The notes under the pieces: generated by a model | The model's database searches: none | Told to the model about the DNA's origin: nothing | What the model saw: the letters and a program-made list of their open reading frames with translations, nothing else | Source: an uncultured cyanobacterium | Lineage (GTDB): Bacteria > Cyanobacteriota > Cyanobacteriia > Cyanobacteriales > Nostocaceae | DNA: 64,000 nt | Reading direction: 5' to 3' | NCBI GenBank assembly: GCA_963740315.1 | Contig: CAVUDP010000002.1 | Span: 192,001 to 256,000 of the forward strand | Made by a program: the position numbers and the translations under genes | Shown: piece by piece, positions 29,900-39,555 of the stretch | Layout of the letters: each line of letters begins with the position of its first letter | Position numbering within the stretch: position 1 is the first letter of the stretch

Positions 29900-30532
29900 T
29901 TAGGTAAGGTTGCCCAGAACGAAAGTACGTGCGACATCCAGCATTTCAGAACTAATTTGATGTCCTCCACCAAATTCATGATATTCCAGAGAAACTGCTT
30001 GTAATTCTAATGCATCCCGTGCTTTCTGAGCAGCTTGTAAAGGCACAACCTCATCTTGTTTGCCGTGCATAATTAACACTGGCGGTAGAGAATTTGTAGC
30101 TGAGGTTTCAAGATTTTGGATGTCTGGGTGTAAATACCCACTCATACAAATCAAACCTGCCAAGGGTAACTTTAATCCTACATCTAAAGTCATTGCCCCT
30201 CCTTGAGAAAAACCACTTAAAATTGTTTGCTTTAAAGGTATCCCGGTATTACTCTCTAAAGATTGCAAGAAATCAATTAGCAATTTTCGACTTTGTGCTA
30301 ACCCTTCATACATATTATCCCGACTTAGCTCATACCATGCTCTACCTATGGGTGAGTGAGGATGAGGAAAAGGTGCATTAGGCAATACAAAATGATATGC
30401 TGGCAACTGTAAAAAAGGTACTATTGATGCCACATCTTCTGCATTTGCACCCCAACCATGCAAGATAACGATTAATCCTTTTTTATCCTGATTGTTTGGT
30501 GGTACGTCAATAAAATCTAAAGCCTTAGCCAT
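29900..30532 (-). CDS. Phospholipase/carboxylesterase (alpha/beta hydrolase)
   Basis: LHGWG, GFSQGG nucleophile elbow, HGKQDEVVP, GGH. Confidence 0.92.
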   Translation of the reverse strand: MAKALDFIDVPPNNQDKKGLIVILHGWGANAEDVASIVPFLQLPAYHFVLPNAPFPHPHSPIGRAWYELSRDNMYEGLAQSRKLLIDFLQSLESNTGIPLKQTILSGFSQGGAMTLDVGLKLPLAGLICMSGYLHPDIQNLETSATNSLPPVLIMHGKQDEVVPLQAAQKARDALELQAVSLEYHEFGGGHQISSEMLDVARTFVLGNLT

Positions 30533-30767
30533 CAGTCGTCAATTACTTAATAGTAGGGTTGCTCTTAATTATTCATAGCAAAAAACGAGATGCACTATAC
30601 AAATTATGTAGCGAGAAGAAAAAAAAAATTCCCCATTGCCTACTTCTTACTCCCTATTCTCTCAAAATAGCATCTCAAAATCAATTTCGATATTTTTAAG
30701 TGCCAGCTTGGTTCTAAAATATTCTTTTGCCAGCTAATAAATTAAGAATCTAGGAAAGTTACAAATT

Positions 30768-32306
30768 ATGGCGCGTCTAGCACTGCTGAGTGTATCTAAC
30801 AAGACAGGTTTAGTCGAATTTGCTCGAAGTTTACAACAAGAGTTTAACTTTGAATTTATCAGCAGTGGAGGCACCGCAAAAGTTTTACAAGATGCCGGAT
30901 TAACTGTTACTAAAGTCGCCGATTATACGGGTTCGCCGGAAATTTTGGGCGGACGAGTCAAGACTTTACATCCGCGAATTCATGGCGGTATTTTAGCACG
31001 GCGGGATAATTCTCAAGATGTGGCGGATTTACAAGATAATCAAATTCGTCCGATCGATTTGGTGGTTGTAAATCTCTATCCCTTTGAAGAAACTATAGCT
31101 TCATACGGAGTTACTTTACCCGAAGCCATCGAACAAATTGATATCGGTGGTCCGGCAATGTTAAGAGCATCAGCAAAAAACTTTGCTCATCTTACAGTAT
31201 TATGTGACCCGGCGCAGTATGAAGAATATTTACGGGAGTTAGGTCAAAATAAAGGTGAAGCTTCTTTAGAATTTCGTCAGCAAGCTGCTTTAAAAGGATT
31301 TTTGCACACTTGTGAATACGATCGCGCAATTTCATCTTATTTAGGGAATCAAATTTCTCAGAATCAAGAAACTCCACAACAATTCAGCCTTGCCGGAAAA
31401 CAAGTACAATCCCTACGTTACGGCGAAAACCCCCATCAAAGCGCCGCTTGGTATCAAACGGATACTCACGGATGGGCTGCTGCAACAAAGTTACAAGGAA
31501 AGGAACTGAGCTACAACAACTTAGTTGATTTGGAAGCCGCCAGACGGATAATTACAGAGTTTACCGATACCCCCGCCGCCGCAGTTCTCAAACACACCAA
31601 CCCTTGCGGTGTCGCTTTAGGAGATACTTTGGTAGAAGCTTATCAAAAAGCCTTTAATGCCGATTCGATTTCTGCTTTTGGGGGAATTGTCGCTTTAAAT
31701 CAACCAATTGACGCTGCAACTGCAACCGAATTAACAAAGACATTTTTAGAATGCGTAGTTGCACCCGGTTGTGAAGATGATGCAAAGGAAATTATCGCCG
31801 CTAAATCCAAACTGCGCGTATTAATACTGCCAGATTTACAAAGTGGAGCCAAAGTTACGATCAAAGTAATTGCAGGTGGTTTTCTGATGCAAGCAGCCGA
31901 CGATATTTTAACTGACGCGACTAAATTGCAAATAGTCACCGATAAAAAACCCAACCAAAAAGAAATAGAAGAATTACTGTTTGCCTGGAAAGTTTGCAAA
32001 CACGTTAAATCAAACGCGATCGTTGTAAGTTGCGATCGCACTACTTTAGGAGTCGGCGCGGGACAAATGAACCGAGTCGGAGCCGTAAAAATCGCCCTCG
32101 AACAAGCTTCCGAGAAAGCGAAAGGCGGATTTCTTGCTAGCGACGGCTTTTTTCCTTTCGATGATTCAGTTAGAACAGCAGCGGGCGCGGGAATTACTGG
32201 AATTATTCAACCGGGGGGAAGCCTGCGCGATCGAGATTCCATCAAAGCTGCCAACGAACTAGGCTTAACAATGGTATTTACCGGCAATAGGCATTTTTTG
32301 CACTAA
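30768..32306 (+). CDS. purH: Bifunctional AICAR transformylase/IMP cyclohydrolase
   Basis: GGRVKTLHP, IDIGGP, LRYGENPHQ, KHTNPCG, SDGFFPF, RHFLH. Confidence 0.98.
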   Translation: MARLALLSVSNKTGLVEFARSLQQEFNFEFISSGGTAKVLQDAGLTVTKVADYTGSPEILGGRVKTLHPRIHGGILARRDNSQDVADLQDNQIRPIDLVVVNLYPFEETIASYGVTLPEAIEQIDIGGPAMLRASAKNFAHLTVLCDPAQYEEYLRELGQNKGEASLEFRQQAALKGFLHTCEYDRAISSYLGNQISQNQETPQQFSLAGKQVQSLRYGENPHQSAAWYQTDTHGWAAATKLQGKELSYNNLVDLEAARRIITEFTDTPAAAVLKHTNPCGVALGDTLVEAYQKAFNADSISAFGGIVALNQPIDAATATELTKTFLECVVAPGCEDDAKEIIAAKSKLRVLILPDLQSGAKVTIKVIAGGFLMQAADDILTDATKLQIVTDKKPNQKEIEELLFAWKVCKHVKSNAIVVSCDRTTLGVGAGQMNRVGAVKIALEQASEKAKGGFLASDGFFPFDDSVRTAAGAGITGIIQPGGSLRDRDSIKAANELGLTMVFTGNRHFLH

Positions 32307-32392
32307 GATTATATCACAAGAATTACTGAATTTTTCAAAATGTAGTCTAAAATGCTTTTCATTTCATAAAACTAGTGCTAGTCTATATTTGT

Positions 32393-32464
32393 GTGTGTGA
32401 GGAGCAAAGTGAAAAGCGTTTGGGGTGGAAACACGGTCACACTCCCGAACGCTTTTTGCTTTTT
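32393..32464 (+). ncRNA. yfr2: Yfr2 (Cyano-1) family RNA, copy 1
   Basis: 5' GTGTGTGAGGAG, long hairpin with GGAAACA loop, T-tract; TGnTAGTCT -10 just upstream. Confidence 0.85.
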
Positions 32465-32694
32465 AATTATTAGTTGTTAATTGTTAGTAGTTAGTTATGA
32501 GAATTAAAAATATTGATAAACCCGGTTTTTCCAAAAAACCGGGTTTTTAAATTTGCATAAAAAATCCCAAAACCCTTTGTGTACCTAAAAAGCTTCCAAT
32601 CTTAACTGGTGACTGATTACTGTCAACAGGTACAATATTCAAACTGTCACCCAAGATACTTGTGCTTCCTAAAAAGTAATGCTACTGTAAGGTT

Positions 32695-32770
32695 GTGTGT
32701 GAGGAGCAAGTGATAAACATAAAGCGTTTGGGGTGGAAACACGGCAACACTCCCGAACGCTTTTTGTTTT
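32695..32770 (+). ncRNA. yfr2: Yfr2 (Cyano-1) family RNA, copy 2
   Basis: Same 5' motif and GGAAACA hairpin; TGnTACTGT -10 upstream. Confidence 0.85.
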
Positions 32771-32866
32771 CCCAATAACCAGTTAACAGCTATAACTTAT
32801 TGAATTAATAACTCATAACTCCTAACTCATAACTTTTAACTCTTAACTCCCCATCCCCCTATCTCT

Positions 32867-33205
32867 TCAATCTTCATCCAAAGCGGGGAAAGATTCCTCA
32901 ATCAGCCATAATCTATCTTTGTTTTCGACAAACCAGATCCGAGTTTCGGGAGTTAACTTTTTCCAAATATGCTCTACAGGTGCGTGTGGAGATGAGTATT
33001 GAAACTCCTCACCGAGTAGTTGCAGATTCTCGGCAATATTATCGGGAATACCAAAGTCTTTCCAATCAATTTTTGGCTCAACTCCAGTAACTCCTTTACC
33101 GGGATCGTAAACTAATTGTGCGGCTCTAACCAAGTCAGCAAAGTGTACTGGCTTTAACTTGTAAAGTTCGTCAATTGAGAATCCGTTATTATTCTGAGAC
33201 ATCAT
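32867..33205 (-). CDS. Hypothetical protein
   Basis: 112-aa ORF with ordinary globular composition, non-overlapping. Confidence 0.7.
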   Translation of the reverse strand: MMSQNNNGFSIDELYKLKPVHFADLVRAAQLVYDPGKGVTGVEPKIDWKDFGIPDNIAENLQLLGEEFQYSSPHAPVEHIWKKLTPETRIWFVENKDRLWLIEESFPALDED

Positions 33206-33387
33206 GACTCTTAGCAGTGAATATTTACCGTTTTAAAGGACTTACTGCCAGAGATTTTCCCTTATCTAATATTTATATTTTAGCCCAGAACAGCAATATT
33301 TAATCAACTGATAGAATAAGCATAATTTTTGGGAATTCTATATTTATACCTTGTATATATTGCTGGCTGCTTCTGGGTGCTGAATTT

Positions 33388-33645
33388 ATGCCATTTGGAT
33401 TAATAATTATCATAATTGCGATTATCTTAACGTTATTAATAAACAGAAACCGTCGTCGTGGCGTTGGTGGTTATCGTGCTTATCAATCCGATAAAGGATG
33501 TAAAGCACTACGACGGAAATTATTAAATTTAGTACATCGGGATACAGCAGAAAGACTAATCAATTCTGCGAAACGTCAGCATCCTGGAAAATCAGAACGT
33601 TGGTATTTAGAAAAAGTAATCTACGATTTGCAGCGCGGACGTTAA
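33388..33645 (+). CDS. Small membrane-anchored basic protein
   Basis: N-terminal TM, then TAERLI...HPGKSERWYLEKVIYDL. Confidence 0.7.
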   Translation: MPFGLIIIIIAIILTLLINRNRRRGVGGYRAYQSDKGCKALRRKLLNLVHRDTAERLINSAKRQHPGKSERWYLEKVIYDLQRGR

Positions 33646-34031
33646 GGGCGTAATTGGGCTATTATCGTTTTAGGATTCCAGTAAGCGCGAATAGTTTGAA
33701 TTTTACCAGCATCGTTTATCTCGAATACCGTAATACCTTCACAAGTAACAGCCTTCTGAGTTTTACTAACTCCTCGCATCGTCCATTTGACAGCAGCTTC
33801 ATTCCCTGCGATAAAAATACTTTCTTTGGTTGCTTCTAGTTTTGCAAATACGGCTTTCATTTGTCCGATAAATTCTTGAAAACCTTCATGAACTAAAGTC
33901 GGTGGCTCTCCAACTGGATCGTAACTTAAAGCATCTTCAGCAAAATTATCTACCCAGCCTTCAGCATTCATCGCTGAAATATTTGCTAAATAAGAGTTAA
34001 CAATGCTTTCAATTTGTTCTGGTGACATCAC
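33642..34031 (-). CDS. SnoaL/NTF2-like (ketosteroid isomerase-like) protein
   Basis: FAEDA..DPVG, GITVFEINDAGKI...YWN. Confidence 0.85.
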   Translation of the reverse strand: MMSPEQIESIVNSYLANISAMNAEGWVDNFAEDALSYDPVGEPPTLVHEGFQEFIGQMKAVFAKLEATKESIFIAGNEAAVKWTMRGVSKTQKAVTCEGITVFEINDAGKIQTIRAYWNPKTIIAQLRP

Positions 34032-34179
34032 TTAATTTTAGATTTTGGATTTTAGATTTTAGATTGGAGGAGTTAGGAGTTAGGAATTAGGAGTTGTAAA
34101 TTTTCTAGCCGCATTTTTATTCTCAACAAATAATTACATAAATCATACCGGATTCCGATAGATTTGTTTTTACAGATAA

Positions 34180-34905
34180 TTAAGAGCGAGTTAGTTCTGC
34201 TAGAGTAAAACCTGTAAAACCAGATGCATCATAGTTACGAATACCCGATCGCAGTAAATTAGGGTTAATCAGCCAATCTACCGCAGCCGAAAACATTTCA
34301 GCTTCGACTTGATGGGGACAGCTAACACAAACACCTTCGGTAAAATACAATTTTAAATAATCATCATTTGCTTGTAACTGTTGATAAGTAGTCTTGACTG
34401 GGGAAGATACTATCCACGACGGATTGATTGTTTTAGCGATTCCTTCCCATCTGCCGCTAAAATCCTGCTGTGACATATTAGATTCTTCTAAAGAACCTTC
34501 TAAAACTTCCGAAATCACAGTAATTTCTTGTAAATTACCGCTTTCATTGTAAATTAATACCGTACTCAAGCGTTTATCTTCATACCTGAAACCCGTTTCA
34601 AAACCAAAACGCGATGATTCTAAAACGAGTATTGAACCCCAAGAAAAGCTATTATCTAAAAATAAAGCTTTGGTATCTGGTTTTTTGTAAGGAGCAAAAG
34701 TCTTAGTTTCTTTTTTACCGTCAGCATAAATATAGTGATTTTGGTGATTGATTTCACTACCCTCTTCATTGAGGTGAAAACTTCTGATGCACTGAAAACT
34801 ATCAATGATTTTTCCATCGGGTGAATATTTCGTCCAAACTCCATACCAGTCATAATTGACATGATATTTACAGAAATTATCCCAATTTTGTAACTGTGGC
34901 TGCAT
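34180..34905 (-). CDS. DUF3598-like beta-barrel protein
   Basis: NWDNF, WYGVWTKYSPDG, two repeated barrel halves (WEG, RNYDASG). Confidence 0.7.
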   Translation of the reverse strand: MQPQLQNWDNFCKYHVNYDWYGVWTKYSPDGKIIDSFQCIRSFHLNEEGSEINHQNHYIYADGKKETKTFAPYKKPDTKALFLDNSFSWGSILVLESSRFGFETGFRYEDKRLSTVLIYNESGNLQEITVISEVLEGSLEESNMSQQDFSGRWEGIAKTINPSWIVSSPVKTTYQQLQANDDYLKLYFTEGVCVSCPHQVEAEMFSAAVDWLINPNLLRSGIRNYDASGFTGFTLAELTRS

Positions 34906-35041
34906 CGCTTACCCGATCGTATTATGGAATTTTAGATTTTAGATTTTAGATTTTAGATTTTAGATTGTATTTAACGCTATTACCAATTACCTATTACCTA
35001 TTACCTATTACCTATTACCAATTACCAATTACCAATTACCT

Positions 35042-35407
35042 TTAATCCTTATCAATAAAAACAGTTACCGCAGCTACAGCAATCAACATTTCGTCATTTT
35101 TATCCTGTAAAACTTCAATCGCTCGTCCTTCAACCATCATTCCTCCAGATTTGACGGTAAGACTTTTACGTCCAAAAGGCAACACGGCTAAAACCTCTTC
35201 CTCGCGTACCTGTTCCGGATATGGTACAGCAATCTGCACTTCTACAATCATCTGATTCGGATCGCTCAAACCAGCAACTTCAAACACTCCGATTAAAGCA
35301 TTATTAGCGATCGCATTTCTCACGGCTCTGGCTGCTGCAACAGTTGGCTCTTGTCCGTGCTGGTCTATACCCATTCCCATTTCAATGATAAATCTTTTAC
35401 GTGCCAT
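35042..35407 (-). CDS. Lin0512-family protein
   Basis: IIEMGMGIDQHGQEPTVAAARAVRNAI, VLPFG. Probable start ATG 35407. Confidence 0.85.
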   Translation of the reverse strand: MARKRFIIEMGMGIDQHGQEPTVAAARAVRNAIANNALIGVFEVAGLSDPNQMIVEVQIAVPYPEQVREEEVLAVLPFGRKSLTVKSGGMMVEGRAIEVLQDKNDEMLIAVAAVTVFIDKD

Positions 35408-36035
35408 AACCATCCCCGATCGTTTTAATCCCATTTGTACTGTAGCGGTTTAAGTACCTCACGGGAAACTGTAGAGAAGTTTTAACAATAGCTAAGTAAT
35501 TGACACAGAATATTTTATACTGCCTACTCCCCATCAAAAGTAAAAGTAATGGGAAGAATTTCTACTTTTACCGTTTGCCTTCAGCGTTTTTGCATTGGAT
35601 ATGGGTAAATAAAGATACCATATATTTTCAAAAACCATCAACGGTTAAAAATTGCTCATAACCTGAAAATTTGTGCTTGTTTGCACGCGATCGCCATCAT
35701 TTAAATTCTTTCCCCAAATATCTCGCAATATCATCATAATTCAAAGCACATCGATTCCGAATTATTACTGATAAATCAATCGCGGTATTTTCCCAAAGTC
35801 AGATAGCTTCATCAAAACAATTTTGATACCACTTATTATGCCCGTCGGATCGGTGCAACTAACTACTGAAAACAATAAAAATGGCTAGATAATACAGATA
35901 TAAATAATTAATTAAAGCTTATAAACCGCATTTAAAAGTATTCTGTGTCGAAACTTTTTCGTTTTTTATTTCAAAAAAAATAACTGTATATTGAAAAAGC
36001 TCAAATATAGAAGTCAATGATAATATACTGCCATT

Positions 36036-37052
36036 ATGAATATCAATCGCCGAAAATTTCTCACAACATTGGGAATAGCCGCTATCTCTACCCAAATACC
36101 ATCATTTGTTGTTCAAGCTAAAACATCCCCGAATATCATCAAGCCCCCACGTCTGAAAGTAGGGGATACAGTAGGATTAATTAGCCCTGCTGGGATAGTT
36201 GATTCCGAAGACGTTGAGCAAGCACGGCGAACATTTAGCGCACTGGGTTTAAAAGTTAAGCTGGGCAGACATATTTTAGACAGTTACGGTTACTTAGCAG
36301 GAAACGATCGCGATCGCGCCCTTGATGTTAACGCTATGTTTGCCGATAAATCTGTTAACGCGATAATTGCTATGCGTGGTGGATGGGGTGTAAATCGGAT
36401 TTTACCATTACTTAACTATAATTCTATTGGCGCTAATCCTAAAATTATTATGGGATACAGCGATATTACATCTTTATTATTAGCAATTACTGCCCGTACT
36501 GGACTTGTAACTTTTCACGGTCCAGTAGCTACTTCTACTTGGAATAATTTTACTTTGAAATATGTAACAAGTATATTATTTGATGCCCAAGCTGTGACAA
36601 TGAATAATAATTTAGTTACTCAACTTCGCCGCGAAATAATTACACCGGGGAAAGCAAAAGGTAAATTTATCGGCGGTAATTTGTCGGTGATAACTTCAAT
36701 GTTGGGTTCATCTTATCTACCTACATGGAAAGGTAGTATTTTATTTATAGAAGATATCGGTGAAGATATTTACCGTATAGATAGAATGTTAGTTCAATTA
36801 AAAAATGCCGGAATATTGAATCAATTATCCGGTTTCGTGTTTGGACAATGCACTAATTGCAAAGTAGGAGACGAACCTTCATTTACTTTAATGCAGGTAT
36901 TACAACAACATATTCGTCCTTTAAATATTCCTGCGTGGTATGGTTCTGCGATCGGTCATATTAGAGATAAATTTACAGTTCCCATCGGTATAGAAGTAGA
37001 AATTGATGCGAATACTGGGATAATAAAAATGTTAGAAGCGGCTGTTCGTTAA
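36036..37052 (+). CDS. ldcA: LD-carboxypeptidase (peptidase S66), Tat-exported
   Basis: NRRKFL Tat motif, RGGWG, GYSDIT, GGNL, FIED, IGH (Ser-Glu-His triad). Confidence 0.9.
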   Translation: MNINRRKFLTTLGIAAISTQIPSFVVQAKTSPNIIKPPRLKVGDTVGLISPAGIVDSEDVEQARRTFSALGLKVKLGRHILDSYGYLAGNDRDRALDVNAMFADKSVNAIIAMRGGWGVNRILPLLNYNSIGANPKIIMGYSDITSLLLAITARTGLVTFHGPVATSTWNNFTLKYVTSILFDAQAVTMNNNLVTQLRREIITPGKAKGKFIGGNLSVITSMLGSSYLPTWKGSILFIEDIGEDIYRIDRMLVQLKNAGILNQLSGFVFGQCTNCKVGDEPSFTLMQVLQQHIRPLNIPAWYGSAIGHIRDKFTVPIGIEVEIDANTGIIKMLEAAVR

Positions 37053-37070
37053 TTATAGCTAAATACGTTT

Positions 37071-37901
37071 ATGAAATATTTTAAATATCACGCGATCGGC
37101 AATGATTATATAGTTATTAATCCAAAAGATACTTCTACAAATTTAACTTCCGAACAAATCAAAAAAATTTGTCATAGAAATTTCGGTATAGGCTCCGACG
37201 GTATACTTTTCGGACCTTTAAAATCTGAGAAAGGGCAATTTTTACTGCGAATTTTCAATCCAGATGGTAGCGAAGCAGAGAAAAGCGGAAACGGATTAAG
37301 AATTTTCTCGCGTTACTTGTGGGATATGCAATTAGTTAAAGAAGAACAATTTACTATTGAAACATTAGGGGGTTTAGTGCGATCGGTAATTTTAGATAAC
37401 GGTGAAATTCGCGTAGAAATGGGAAAAGTCAGCTTTTGGAGCGATAAAATACCAGTTACAGGAGAACGTAGAGAAGTAATTTCCGAAAATATTACAGTTG
37501 AAGATAAAACCTTTAACTTCTGTGCTGCGACTATTGGAAATCCTCATTGTGTAATTACTTTACCCTCAATTACACCAGAGTTAGCAAAACAATATGGTTA
37601 TTTAATCGAAACCCATAAATTTTTTCCAAACCGTACCAACGTACAATTCATGAAAGTACGCGATCGAGAAAACATTCAATTAGAAATTTGGGAAAGAGGT
37701 GCGGGTTACACATTAGCATCGGGAAGCAGTAGCAGTGCAGCAGCAGCGATCGCACATCGTCTTGATTTATGCGATTCCTCAATTACCGTGCATATGCCTG
37801 GTGGAAATATTTTAATCGAAATTAGTGAAGATTTTTCGATTCAGATGACAGGTTCGGTAACAAAAGTAGCCGAAGGAATAATATCTCAAGAAATATTTTA
37901 A
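37071..37901 (+). CDS. dapF: Diaminopimelate epimerase-like protein, with both catalytic Cys replaced by Ser
   Basis: KYHAIGNDY, GIGSDG, NPDGSEAEKSGNG, GNPH, WERGAGYTLASGS. Confidence 0.85.
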   Translation: MKYFKYHAIGNDYIVINPKDTSTNLTSEQIKKICHRNFGIGSDGILFGPLKSEKGQFLLRIFNPDGSEAEKSGNGLRIFSRYLWDMQLVKEEQFTIETLGGLVRSVILDNGEIRVEMGKVSFWSDKIPVTGERREVISENITVEDKTFNFCAATIGNPHCVITLPSITPELAKQYGYLIETHKFFPNRTNVQFMKVRDRENIQLEIWERGAGYTLASGSSSSAAAAIAHRLDLCDSSITVHMPGGNILIEISEDFSIQMTGSVTKVAEGIISQEIF

Positions 37902-38036
37902 TATATAGTAATATAATTTGACCGAATTGTCGATATCAATCACAATATACGGAGACGTAGCACTGCTACGTCTCTACATAATTTCTTCTCTCTGCGCCCT
38001 CTGCGCCCTCTGCGGTTTTTTCAACCAATTATCTAA

Positions 38037-38915
38037 TCATCTTCCAAAATCAATCGTAGTCTGCCGATAAACATTAGGCATCCCAATATCAAAAGTCTTG
38101 CCATCAACAACTAAACCCGTCATCCCTTCAGCTTCTCGCAATTTTTCCAAACAAGATGTTAATTGAAATTCTCCTCTTTCCCGAAAATCTGTATTAATAT
38201 GTTCCGCCAAAAAATCAAAAATCTTCGGAGTTAAAGCATACAAACCAAATATACATAAAAACTCATCTTCCGCCATTCCTTCCACCCGTAAATTTTGCCG
38301 CGCATACTCAACAGTGGGTTTTTCATAAACCTGCGTTACTTGCATTTGAGAATTTTCTTGCCAAACTCCCATTACACATCCAGCTTTGTGAATCATTTCC
38401 GCTGGTAAAGTATTCAATCCAATAACACTACGATTAACTTGTTCGTAAACCTGCAAAACTTGACGCGCACAAGATTGTTCGGCATCCGATGAGTAAATAT
38501 GATCCCCTAACATCAATAAAAAAGATTCATTACCTACCCATTCCTTGGCACAAAAAACCGCGTGTCCGTAACCAACTTGTTCATCTTGTGTCAAAATCGT
38601 AATTTTACTACCCAATTCCTGAAGATAATCACAATATTCGCGATCGCGCCGTGAAAGCTTGTTAAAAAGCTTAGCTGAGGGCAGGTTTTTAAAATAACTT
38701 TCAAAAACCTCTTTATCATCTGGTTGCGTCACAATTCCAATTTCTTCTATCCCCGCACTAACAGCCTCCTCCACAATCGCCTGAATTACAGGTTTAGCCC
38801 TACCGTCTTTATCAATTACCGGAAACAGTTCCTTTTTAACAACCTTAGTAGCTGGAAACAAACGAGTACCAAAACCAGCAGCCGGAATTACAGCTTTTTT
38901 AATTCGATTCTTCAT
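38037..38915 (-). CDS. galU: UTP-glucose-1-phosphate uridylyltransferase-like nucleotidyltransferase
   Basis: KAVIPAAGFGTRLFPATK, GYGHAV, LGD, EKP, GEFQLT. Confidence 0.85.
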   Translation of the reverse strand: MKNRIKKAVIPAAGFGTRLFPATKVVKKELFPVIDKDGRAKPVIQAIVEEAVSAGIEEIGIVTQPDDKEVFESYFKNLPSAKLFNKLSRRDREYCDYLQELGSKITILTQDEQVGYGHAVFCAKEWVGNESFLLMLGDHIYSSDAEQSCARQVLQVYEQVNRSVIGLNTLPAEMIHKAGCVMGVWQENSQMQVTQVYEKPTVEYARQNLRVEGMAEDEFLCIFGLYALTPKIFDFLAEHINTDFRERGEFQLTSCLEKLREAEGMTGLVVDGKTFDIGMPNVYRQTTIDFGR

Positions 38916-39495
38916 TTTTTCATTTTAAATTTTAGATTTGCATCGGGCACGGAAGAAAGCGGAGGAAGCCGAGGGAGCTCCGGGAGCGGAGGAAGCAATT
39001 TCAAATTCTTTAATATCCTCTGCCTCAAGAGCCTCCCCTGCTCTCCCCATCCCCCCCGAACCCCATCTCCCCCGAACCCCATCTCCCCATCCCCCCATCC
39101 CCCCATCCTAATGGCATAAGCAATACCATCTTCGTAGTGATTCTACCCTGTGAAGGCTTTGTAAACTCTTATCCCAGGTTCTCAGTGAGTGTTAAAAATG
39201 CCGAGCAGTTTTTTACTATGGCAGTTGACAAACTGTCACTCAGTCAATTCCCTGATAATGGTCTTAAAAGATATCCTATATTTGTGCAAGGAGTGATACC
39301 ACTTCACAACACGTTTGCTATAAGCTTATTCTCGCAATCCCTCACTCTAAAGGGATACTGTTGAGTTCAAATGTTGCATCAAACTAGTGAATTGGTATAA
39401 CTTTATACAATAGGGGCGCTTGGTAGGCAAAACTGTCAGGCGCTTTTCCATGTGACAAATTAATCGCAACTTCAAAAAAAAGTAACATAAATAAG

Positions 39496-39519
39496 AAACC
39501 GGGGATTTTAGCCCCGGTT
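39496..39519 (-). terminator. Hairpin downstream of leuS
   Basis: AACCGGGG-loop-CCCCGGTT. Confidence 0.55.
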
Positions 39520-39555
39520 GTGTCAATTAGTAAACCTGCACAAGCAACATAGAAT

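Noticed and set aside
33331..33339. GGGAATTCT resembling a SigJ-type promoter box
   Set aside because: A single short imperfect match that could easily arise by chance.
39137..39480. 75-aa ORF or ncRNA between galU-like and leuS
   Set aside because: No RBS, motif or recognisable RNA family; cannot be supported.
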